248,000 nt of DNA from Hyalangium minutum (GTDB taxonomy: Bacteria; Myxococcota; Myxococcia; Myxococcales; Myxococcaceae). The notes below the pieces were generated by a model. That model searched no databases. It was not told the DNA's origin and saw only the letters and a program-made list of their open reading frames with translations. A program made the position numbers and the translations under genes. The stretch lies in assembly GCF_000737315.1 (NCBI RefSeq), contig NZ_JMCB01000006.1:20001-268000 (forward strand), given 5' to 3'. Numbering within the stretch: position 1 is the first letter of the stretch; every line of letters starts with the position of its first letter. Of the stretch, positions 1 to 9,100 are shown piece by piece.

Positions 1-1317
1 GCCCACGTTGATGACGGCGGCCGTCTGGATGCCCGCGAGGATGGAGGGCGCAGCCAGCGGCAGCTCGATGCGCCAGAGCCGTGCACGCGGGGACAGCCCC
101 AGGGCCTGAGCGGACTCGCGAAGGTCGCCCGGGATGCCTCCGAGCCCCGCGGCCGTGTTCCGGACGATGGGCAGCAGGCCATACAGGAACAGCGCCACGA
201 TGGCGGGCCGCGAGCCGATTCCCAACAGCGGGATCATCACCACCAGCAGCGCCAGCGAGGGCACCGTCTGGATGATGCCCGCGAGCCCCAGCACCACCTG
301 CCCTACCCGTGCCCGCTTCGCCGAGAGCACCCCGAGCGGCACCGCCACCCCAATCGCCCCGAGCAGCGACACGAGCACGAGGAACAGGTGCTCGCGCGTC
401 CGCAGCCACACCCGGGAAGCCAGGCTGTCCGACTGCGTCTCCGTCTCCAGGCCCAGCTTGCGCGCCAGGAACTCGGCGGCCACGGTGTCCTCGGGGACGC
501 GCTCCAAGCGGGCGCGAGCGTTGAGTCGCACCATCTCCGGCTCGGAGATCAGCCCCTGCAGCTCCAGGATGGCCGCGAGCACCCGCGGGTTCTTCCGAGC
601 CCAATCCTCCCGGTACAGCAGCACGGCGTCGTAGGCGGGAAAGTGCTTCAGGTCATCCTCGAGCACGCGCAGCCCGTAGGCCGAGATCTCCGCGTCGGTG
701 GAGTACAGGTCCGTCACCTGGATGGCACCGCTCTCCAGCCCCCGGTAGGCCAGGTCATGGTCCAGCCCCCGCACCTGCCGCTGGGGCAGCTGGTAGCGCT
801 CCCGGAGCGCGGGCCACCCATCGCCGCGATCCATGAACTCGTTGCTGAAGCCCAGCTTCAGCTCTGGGTGCGCGCGCAGGTCCGAGATGCGCCGGATGCC
901 CAGGCGCTCGGCCTCCGCCTCCTTCATGCCCAGCGCATACGTGTCATTGAAGCCAAGCGAGGCGCTCATCCCCAGCCCCTCGGCGGCCAGGGCCTCTCGC
1001 AGCGCGGCGTCATCCTTCAGCCCCCGCGAGGCGAACAGCTCCTGGCGAAGCGTCCCGGTGTACTCGGGATAGACCTCCAGCTCGCCGCGCTTCAGGGCCT
1101 CCCAGAGCACGGTGGTGCCTCCGAGCTCGCGCCGGTGCACCGCATGCGCCCCGGAGAGCCGCGCCAGCCGCGCCACCAGCTCCCCGAGGATGACGGACTC
1201 GGTGAACTTCTTGGAGCCCACGCGCACCTCGGGACGAGTGTCCGCCGTGGGCTCGGGAGCACAGGCCACCAGCCACGCCAGCCCCAGCACCAGCACGCTC
1301 GCGCTCAGGCCCCTCAC
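1..1317 (-). CDS. Glycine betaine/osmoprotectant ABC transporter, fused substrate-binding and permease protein (3' end runs out of window)
   Basis: GTG at 1317 overlaps the ATPase stop. Lipoprotein-like start, then SKKFTESVILGE and LKFGFSNEFMDR OpuAC/YehZ-like motifs and permease TM segments; not in the ORF track. Confidence 0.8.
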   Translation of the reverse strand, partial: MRGLSASVLVLGLAWLVACAPEPTADTRPEVRVGSKKFTESVILGELVARLARLSGAHAVHRRELGGTTVLWEALKRGELEVYPEYTGTLRQELFASRGLKDDAALREALAAEGLGMSASLGFNDTYALGMKEAEAERLGIRRISDLRAHPELKLGFSNEFMDRGDGWPALRERYQLPQRQVRGLDHDLAYRGLESGAIQVTDLYSTDAEISAYGLRVLEDDLKHFPAYDAVLLYREDWARKNPRVLAAILELQGLISEPEMVRLNARARLERVPEDTVAAEFLARKLGLETETQSDSLASRVWLRTREHLFLVLVSLLGAIGVAVPLGVLSAKRARVGQVVLGLAGIIQTVPSLALLVVMIPLLGIGSRPAIVALFLYGLLPIVRNTAAGLGGIPGDLRESAQALGLSPRARLWRIELPLAAPSILAGIQTAAVINVG

Positions 1318-2111
1318 GCGCCGCGCTCCAGCACCCGCCGCTGCGCCTGGATGAAGCGGGTGACGAACGGATCCGCCGGAGACGCCTCCAGCTCGGCGAG
1401 TGTCCCCTGCTGCACCACGCGCCCCTCGCGCAGCAGGACGACGCAATGCCCGAGGAACGCCGCCTCGGAGAGATCATGGGTGACGAGCACCACCGTCATC
1501 CCGAGCCGCTCGAAGATGGCGCGCAGATCCACCTGCAGCTCGGAGCGGACCAGCGTGTCCAGCGCTCCCAGGGGCTCATCGAGCAGCAGCACCCGCGGCT
1601 CCAGCATCAGTGCGCGCATGAGCCCCACCCGCTGACGCTGGCCACCGGAGAGCTGCGCGGGAAAACGCCCGAGCGCCTCGCCCGGGAAGCGGGTCAGCTC
1701 CACGAGCGCCTCCAGCCGGGCACGGATGCGCTCCGAAGGCCACCGCAGATACCGGGCCATGAGCTCCACGTTCTGCCCGGCGGTGAGGTGAGGGAACAGG
1801 CCGCCGCCCTGGAGCGCGTAGCCCATGCGCTGGCGCACCGAGAGCATCGCCGCTTCCTCCGGCGGCAGCGGCTGGCCCTCGAAGAGGACACGGCCAGTGT
1901 CGGGCCGGATCAGCCCGTTCATCAGCCGCAGCAGCGTGGACTTCCCACAGCCGCTCGGCCCCAGCAGCACCGTGGTCCGCCCCGAGGGCAGCCGCAGCTC
2001 CAGGGGCTGCAGGGCCTGCGTGGTGCCGAAGCGCTTGGAGACCCCTTGAAGCTCGAACACAGGGGCCCGCGGCTCCGGACCCTCTGCGCGCGGCTCATCC
2101 CTTGACGACAT
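1314..2111 (-). CDS. Osmoprotectant ABC transporter ATP-binding subunit
   Basis: Walker A GPSGCGKS, signature LSGGQRQR, LLDEP. Confidence 0.9.
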   Translation of the reverse strand: MSSRDEPRAEGPEPRAPVFELQGVSKRFGTTQALQPLELRLPSGRTTVLLGPSGCGKSTLLRLMNGLIRPDTGRVLFEGQPLPPEEAAMLSVRQRMGYALQGGGLFPHLTAGQNVELMARYLRWPSERIRARLEALVELTRFPGEALGRFPAQLSGGQRQRVGLMRALMLEPRVLLLDEPLGALDTLVRSELQVDLRAIFERLGMTVVLVTHDLSEAAFLGHCVVLLREGRVVQQGTLAELEASPADPFVTRFIQAQRRVLERGA

Positions 2112-2688
2112 AGACACAGGACGGATGCCCCCGCTTGCGGCATGGATGGGTCTCGTCATGCACGACGGAGCCCACCGCGTGGAGCCTCCGCAGCCCTCCG
2201 AACAGCATCCCTTTGTCGAAGGCGCACGGGTACGGGTTGTTGCTCTCCACCTCCATCGCCCCGTCCGGCCGCTGCTTCCACTTGTAGTGGCCAATGCCCT
2301 CCTGGAGGCGCCCCGTGGCCGAGTTCCACATGGGCCGCCCGTTCTTGCGGTGGTGCAGGTGGTAGCCCGCATCCATCGTCTCCATCATCGACTTCACGTC
2401 CTTGACGGAGGGCAGCCACTCCACGTTCTTCATCACCGACACGCCAATCTGGTGCAGCACCGAGTCCCCCATGTGCTGGCTGGCGCGCGCGAACGCTCGC
2501 AGGAACGCGTCGAACGGGTACCAGGCCTCCGGCTGCACCTCGACCATGCCGTCCGGGCCCTTCTGCCCAATCCCCTCCGCCAAGAGGATCTGACTGGCGA
2601 TCGACTTGAACTGGCCAAACGCATGCACCAGCCCCATCACGTTGCGTCCCGAGACTTCGATGCCCTTGAACTCGCTGAACGGAATCAT
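2095..2688 (-). CDS. V4R/H-NOX-fold-like small ligand-binding protein
   Basis: WYP, NNPYPC and CRKRGHPSCVY motifs shared with the paralogs at 178-179 kb. Confidence 0.6.
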   Translation of the reverse strand: MIPFSEFKGIEVSGRNVMGLVHAFGQFKSIASQILLAEGIGQKGPDGMVEVQPEAWYPFDAFLRAFARASQHMGDSVLHQIGVSVMKNVEWLPSVKDVKSMMETMDAGYHLHHRKNGRPMWNSATGRLQEGIGHYKWKQRPDGAMEVESNNPYPCAFDKGMLFGGLRRLHAVGSVVHDETHPCRKRGHPSCVYVVKG

Positions 2689-3092
2689 CGCGCGGAGGAT
2701 CCTCTCGAACCGGAGCAGGCGGCCTGATGATGGCACGCTTCCTCGGGCTCTCGACATCGCCCCTCGCAGCCGCCCTCCCCAGCAGGTAGGCAGTCCCTGG
2801 GGTGTCTCACCCGGAAGCACATCCACCACCTTTTCGTTCACGGACTGATCAGAAATCCGCGCAGGCCGGAAATTCGGCCCTGGAAGCGACGACAGAGCTG
2901 GAAACTTCCGCCCCTTCGGAATACCCACCCTCATAGGGTGTTTAAAGTTGCTGCATCCTTACGACGTACATTAGTATCCGAAATAGATGAGCCAATGCCA
3001 GACATGGTAGTGGCTCTGAAGCCACCCGCACGCGGACACCCGGGAGCAGGTGATGGGAAGCACTCCGTCACGGCCGTCCGCTCCCGAGTGGG

Positions 3093-5849
3093 GTGGGTAG
3101 TGCGCAGCGGGCTTGCCCTTCTGCATCCTCGGGGGATGGTGCAGAGGGGGCCCGCTGCGGTTTTTTCACCGCGGAGCCACCGTTCGCTCCTCGATGCAGC
3201 GGCTTGGACTGTCTGGCCGCCCTTGGGGGCCGGTGCTATCTGGGCGGGACGTCCTCTGCTCCTGTGAAAGCCGCCCTCCCCGCCACCACCCGACGCGCAT
3301 CCCTGGCACCGCAGGCCCTGCTCATCGGCTCGCTGGTGGTGGCATCCGCGAGCACGGCGCTCTTCCTGGCCACGGCGCAGAGCCGGGACACCTCCCGCTT
3401 CGAGAACCAGGTCCAGGCGACCCAGGACCGGATCTTCGCGCACCTGAGCTCGGACATCGCCTTGCTGCGCGGCGCCGCGGGCCTCTTCGCTGCCAGCACC
3501 TCCGTCACCCGCGAGGAGTTCCGCATCTACGTCGAGCGGCTCGACTTGCGGCGGTATGATCCGGGGCTCCAGGGGCTCGGCTTCGCCGCACGCATCCCCG
3601 CCAGCGAGCAGGAGCACTGGTTGGAGCAGGCACGCGCCGATGGCCTGCCCTCGTTCCACATCTGGCCCGCGGGCGCTCGCGACGAGTACTACGCCATCCT
3701 CTACCTGGAGCCCCAGGACGCCCGGAACGAGGCGGCGCTGGGCTTCGACATGTTCACGGAGCCCAAGCGCCGCGAGGCCATGGAGCGGGCCTGGATGACA
3801 GGGGAGCCTGCGCTGTCGGGCCGTGTCGTCCTCAAGCAGGAGATTGATAAGGACCAGCAGGCGGGGTTCCTGCTGTACGTGCCCGTGTACCGAGGCGGGA
3901 ACATTCCCCCCACCGAGGACCAGCGCCGGGAAGAGCTCGAAGGGTTCGTCTACAGCCCCTTCCGGGCGGAGGACCTGTTCACCGGCATCTTCCCGCCCAC
4001 GCATTCCCCGCGGATCCTCTTCCGCGTCTACGACGGGACGGAGGCGCAAGCCGGGCAGCTCCTCTATGACTCGGCCTCCGCCGAGGGGGAGCCTCCGCCG
4101 AGCACGCCCCGCTTCGTGCGGACCTCGCGCCTGGAGATAGCGGGGCAGCCCTGGACGCTCGTCTTCGCCTCCTCGCCCAGCTTCGAGCGCACGCTGCTGA
4201 GTCCCTGGGTGCCCACCGTGGGAGGCGCGGGCGTGCTGCTCAGTCTGATGGTGTACGCCGTGGCGCGGTCCCAGTTCATCGGCCGGCAGCGCGCCGAGGC
4301 CAGCGAGGCCGAGCGGGCCCAGCTCCTGACGCGCGAGAAGGCCGCCCACGCCGAGGCCGAGGCCCAGCGTACCTATCTCCATGAAGTCTTCATGACGGCC
4401 CCTGCCGTCATCGGCATCTTCCGGGGGCCCGAGCACGTCTTCGAGTTCGCCAACGCCGCCTACCAGAAGGTGCTGGGGAACCGGGAGCTGCTGGGCCGTC
4501 CTCTCTCCGAAGCCCTGCCGGACCTGGCGCCGGAGATCCTCGCCGTGGCGGACACCGTCTACCAGACCGGACAGCCCCACTCGGATCAAGAGGTGCGCAT
4601 TCCCCTGGCGTATAGCGCTGGCCAGCGCGAGGAGAAGTACTGGAACCTCATTTGGCAGCCGCGCCGGAACACCGCGGGCCAGGTGGACGGCGTGCTGCTG
4701 TACGCCTTCGAGGTCACCGAGCAGGTCCTGGCGCGCAAGCTGGTGGAGGCCAGCCGCGAGGAGGCACGGCGGAGCGCGGAGCAACTGCAGACCATCACCG
4801 ACACGCTGCCAGCGCTCGTCGCCTATGTGGATGCGCAGCAGTACTACCGGTTCGCGAACCGGGCGTATGAGACGTGGTTCGGCCGGAAGCCCCAGGAGGT
4901 GGTGGGCAAGACGATCCAAGAGTTCGTTGGAGAGAAGATCTACGCGCGCTTCCAGGAGCCCATCCTCCGGGCCCTGGCGGGCGAGACCGTGCGCTTCGAG
5001 GGCGAGCTGCCCCGGAAGGACGGGCAGAAGCTCTTCATCCAGTCCAGCTATATCCCGGAGCGGGATGAGCACGGGCAGGTGCGTGGCTTCGTGGTGTTGG
5101 CCTTCGACATCACCGAGCGCAAGCAGGCGGAGGAGGCCGTGCGCAACGCCGTGCGGCTGCGCGATGAGTTCCTCTCCGTGGCCAGCCACGAGCTGAAGAC
5201 GCCGCTGACGCCCCTGAGCCTGAAGCTGCAGACGCTGGCGCGTGATGCGGCAGCGCAGCCGGACTCGGCGTTCGTGCTGAAGGTCCGCACATCTGTGGAG
5301 GCGGGGCTCAAGCAGCTCAAGCGGCTGTCGGACCTGATTGGGGATCTGCTGGATGTGTCGCGGATCACCTCGGGGCAGATGAAGCTGTACTGGGAGCCGG
5401 TGGACTTCGCCGCCGTGGTCCGTGAGGTGGCCACGCGGCTGGAGCCCGAGGCGGCCCGGGCCGAGTCCCGCCTCATGCTGGAGCTGCCAGCGGAGGTGCC
5501 AGGCCGCTCGGACCGGATGCGGCTGGAGCAGGTGGCGGAGAACCTGCTGACGAACGCCATCAAGTACGGGGCGGGCAAGCCGATTCATGTCCGGCTGGAG
5601 GCGAGCCCCGAGCGCATCGCCTTCACCGTGAAGGACGAGGGAATTGGCATTGCCCCCGAGAACCAGGCGCGCATCTTCGAGCGGTTCGAGCGCGCCGTGT
5701 CCGAGCGGAACTACGGCGGCCTGGGGCTGGGGCTCTACATCACCCGCACCATCGTCGAGGCCCTGGGAGGCACCATCCGCGTGAAGAGCGAGCCCGGTCA
5801 GGGCGCCTGCTTCACCGTGGAGCTTCCCCGGGAGCCCGCGGTTTCTTAG
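3093..5849 (+). CDS. Sensor histidine kinase, CHASE-PAS-PAS-HisKA-HATPase (true start probably about 3264)
   Basis: CHASE motif ALGFDMF, PAS repeats, H-box ASHELKTPL, GLGLGL. Confidence 0.9.
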   Translation: MGSAQRACPSASSGDGAEGARCGFFTAEPPFAPRCSGLDCLAALGGRCYLGGTSSAPVKAALPATTRRASLAPQALLIGSLVVASASTALFLATAQSRDTSRFENQVQATQDRIFAHLSSDIALLRGAAGLFAASTSVTREEFRIYVERLDLRRYDPGLQGLGFAARIPASEQEHWLEQARADGLPSFHIWPAGARDEYYAILYLEPQDARNEAALGFDMFTEPKRREAMERAWMTGEPALSGRVVLKQEIDKDQQAGFLLYVPVYRGGNIPPTEDQRREELEGFVYSPFRAEDLFTGIFPPTHSPRILFRVYDGTEAQAGQLLYDSASAEGEPPPSTPRFVRTSRLEIAGQPWTLVFASSPSFERTLLSPWVPTVGGAGVLLSLMVYAVARSQFIGRQRAEASEAERAQLLTREKAAHAEAEAQRTYLHEVFMTAPAVIGIFRGPEHVFEFANAAYQKVLGNRELLGRPLSEALPDLAPEILAVADTVYQTGQPHSDQEVRIPLAYSAGQREEKYWNLIWQPRRNTAGQVDGVLLYAFEVTEQVLARKLVEASREEARRSAEQLQTITDTLPALVAYVDAQQYYRFANRAYETWFGRKPQEVVGKTIQEFVGEKIYARFQEPILRALAGETVRFEGELPRKDGQKLFIQSSYIPERDEHGQVRGFVVLAFDITERKQAEEAVRNAVRLRDEFLSVASHELKTPLTPLSLKLQTLARDAAAQPDSAFVLKVRTSVEAGLKQLKRLSDLIGDLLDVSRITSGQMKLYWEPVDFAAVVREVATRLEPEAARAESRLMLELPAEVPGRSDRMRLEQVAENLLTNAIKYGAGKPIHVRLEASPERIAFTVKDEGIGIAPENQARIFERFERAVSERNYGGLGLGLYITRTIVEALGGTIRVKSEPGQGACFTVELPREPAVS

Positions 5850-6144
5850 GCCAGTTCTTGAGCTTCATGAGCTGGAAGACGCCTGCGGCCACAAGCCCCC
5901 CTACAAAGAGGGAGACGAGCACCTGCAACCAGAAGAGATTCTTCTGGAGGACGTGGTCATCGAAGCACTTGGCCTCTCTGATGGCGATCTCGCGAGTGAG
6001 CGAGTCGAAACCGCGCACGTAGTCCCAGTCTTCGGCGATACGCCCGCACACCAGCTTCATTGAGGCCAGGAAGGTCGCAACAAAGACCACCTCGAACGTG
6101 GCTAAGGTCCAGAGCGGCCGCACCAGTCCATAGAGCCTGTGCAT
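5812..6144 (-). CDS. Small two-TM protein, putative RHS immunity protein
   Basis: 3 bp downstream of the RHS stop; two hydrophobic helices; atypical codon usage. Confidence 0.55.
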   Translation of the reverse strand: MHRLYGLVRPLWTLATFEVVFVATFLASMKLVCGRIAEDWDYVRGFDSLTREIAIREAKCFDDHVLQKNLFWLQVLVSLFVGGLVAAGVFQLMKLKNWPKKPRAPGEAPR

Positions 6145-6147
6145 GTC

Positions 6148-9100
6148 TCAGCCTCCGGACAAATCGGAACCATGCCTCCATCCCTCTGGCAACTCGAGCT
6201 CCATGATGCTGAGCAACTGCTCCAGTTCTTCTTGCGCCGCCTCCTCATCATAGAGCCCGGCGACATGCTGAATCTCCGCGATGAAGGCAACCTTTCGATT
6301 ATTCGTGTTGGAGCCCCGGAAGAGATCTGCGCTCAGCAAGATCTCCCTACCTCGGGCCCGCCCGATGTAATGCTTGGCCGAAGACTCGCGGGACTGGCCG
6401 AAATCCACGACATAGATCTCCGCTCGCTCCGCTGCTGCTGTGAGAGCGGCGAGGCGGTCAGGATCGAGCATTCCGTTGGGATCGGAGCTAGGTATCTCGG
6501 TTCGACAGGTCTCCACGTCTATGTCAACGGCCCTCAACCGCTTGAGGTTATTGAAGTCTTCGTTCTCCCCCATGCGGCGCCCCACGGTCCCGGCGAAGAT
6601 GAAAGCAGCGACGATGATGATAATGACGATCGCCAAGCCCACCAGGAGACCGAACTTCCCGCTCGGGTCGACGTAAGCCGTGGGATTGCCACGGACGTAC
6701 TGATAGATGTTTGCTCCATCTACCATCCCAAGCCTGTCCGGCTGAATCCACCGCCCTAGCTTCGGATCCATGTAGCGGTCGCGGTGGTAGTTCAGCCCGG
6801 TCGAGTCGTGCTCGCGCCCTGTGTACCCGAACGCCAGCATCGGCCCGCTCCCACTCGTGGTCCTCGCCCCATAGGCATCGTAGGAGTTCGTCCTCACGAC
6901 GGCTCCCGTCTGATCCGCGATGGCCACAACGGAGCCGAGCGCGTCCGTGAGGGGGGAGTAGGTGCTGCCTGCCTGCTGGAAGCTGAGGATCTCGTCAGTG
7001 GTCTGTGGGTGGGTCAGGTAGCTCGTCGGGGTGGGGCTCGTGCTGGAGAACTCCTGGAGAACGGTCGCACCGTCGAGCAGGTACTGGGTCGAACCCGCTG
7101 GCGTCGTCTGCTTGGTACGAAGCCCCGTGGCGTCGTACTCGAAGGTATGCAGCTCTCCTGAAGCCAGGGTGACCTGCCGCAACCTGTTGTCGAGATCCCA
7201 GCCATACTGCTTCACCAGTTGGCCTGCCTTGGTCTCGCTCAGCAGGTTGCCATTGTTGTCGTAACCGTACTCAGTGGCCACGCCGCCCTCGAAGCTCCTC
7301 TCGAGCTGGTTGAAGGCGTTGAAGGCGCTGTTCACCTGCCGGTTCGTCCCGCCAGTCACCTCACGGAGCGCGGTTCGGTTTCCCAGCAGGTCCAGCGTGT
7401 ACCTCACGCTGCGCTGAGTCCCGTAGTCCACTCCCGTCAGCCGGTCGGATGCGTCATAGATGTAAGACTCTCGGGTCCCATCCGCGAGCGTCTTGGAGAG
7501 CCGGTTTCCTCCCGCATCGTACGTATAGGAGCTGCCAGCCACCACCGCGCCTTCCTTGGCATGGACGATGCCAAGCAGTTGGCTCGCGGCATCGTAGGAG
7601 TACGTCGTGGCGATGCCGTTGGAGCGTGTGATGCGCGTGCGGCGTCCCAGATCGTCGTAGCTGATCACCGTCCGCTGGCCGGCGCTGTCCACGGCCTGCC
7701 TCAGCAGATTGAGCGCGTCATAGGAATAGTGATGTTCCAAGCCCGCACTCGTGACGCTCGTGCGATTGCCGTTGGCGTCGTAGGTGTAGCGGAGCGTCCG
7801 TCCCAGGCTGGCGTCGATGACCTCCTTCACACGGCCCAGGGCGTCGTACTCGAGGGTTCGTGCATGGGTCCCATTCTTCTCGAGCGTCCGGCGCCCCGCC
7901 TCGTCGTAGTCGTACTGGTAGGTGCTCCCATCCTCGAAGGTCACGCTCTTCAGGCGCCGGTTGCCGTCGTAGGCATAGGTGGTCCGCCTGCTATTGCCAT
8001 CCACCTTCGCTGTGCGATTGCCTACGCCGTCATACTCGTAGCTCGTCACCACATTGAGGGGGTTCTTCTCCCACTGCAGCCTGTTGGCCAGGTCGTACTG
8101 GTACTGCGTCCGCTGGCTCCCTGCGGTCACGGACGTCCGGTTCCCTCGCCCGTCATATCCGTAGGTGATGGACTGATCGCCTTTGGTGACCCTCTCCAGC
8201 AATCCATGGGACCCGTAAGCGTACGTCGTAGGCGCCTGGCCAAGCTCGGAGCTGGCCTTGATTCTCCCTGCGGTGTCGTACTCGTACCGGCTCTCACGCT
8301 TCAGCGAGTCGACCTCGGACAGCACGCGGCCCATCCTGTCGAAGTCACGCCGGTACAAGCCTCCTGTGGCATCGACCTGAACGCAGGGCTGCGTCGTCAG
8401 CTCGGCACAGTAGCCCAGGACGGTACTGGCTCCGTTGGCCAGCACCGTCTCCACGTGCCTTCCGGCGGCGTCATAGCGCATCACCGTCCGCGCGTTCCGG
8501 GCATCCACCAGCGCCACCACCCGGCCATTGGCGTCGTACTCCGTCCGGCTCACCCCATTGAGCGCATCCTCGACGGACGTCACCCGCCCCACCGCGTCGT
8601 ACGTGTACGTCGTCACTGCCAACAAAGGGTTCTTCGTGGTGAGCCGGTGGCCTTCGGCATCGTAGGTGGACTCGAAGCGAGCATTCAGCGCGTCCACCAT
8701 CGCGGTGACCTGACCCGCGGCGTCTACCTCGAAGGTGTGCTTCTTGTTGTCGCTGTCCTTCGTTTCGGTGATGTATCCCGCTGAGTTGAAGGTCAGCGTC
8801 GTGGTCACCTGCTGGGGATCCGTCATCGTCAGGGGGAGGCCTTTGCTCCCATAGGTCATCCGGGTCACCGCAGGCCCCGGCTTCGTGAAGGTCTCCAGCC
8901 GTCCGCGCGCGTCGTAGCCGTAGCTCGCCACCCCGAGGCCATCCGTCCGGGTCTTCAACCGGCCTGCCGTGTCATAGGTGTTCGTCACCTTGGGCCGCCC
9001 CGTTGCCTCCACCGTGAGCACCTGGTTGAACGCCGTGTCATAGGTGTACTTCGTCACCCGACCATCGGGATCCCGCTGCTCGGTCATGTTGCCGCGCGTG

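Noticed and set aside
2931-5588. 885-aa minus-strand ORF (also 12934-15000, 33039-36218, 89385-92384, 149903-152716, 204174-206678)
   Set aside because: Antisense shadow ORFs of real high-GC genes; no motifs, biased composition
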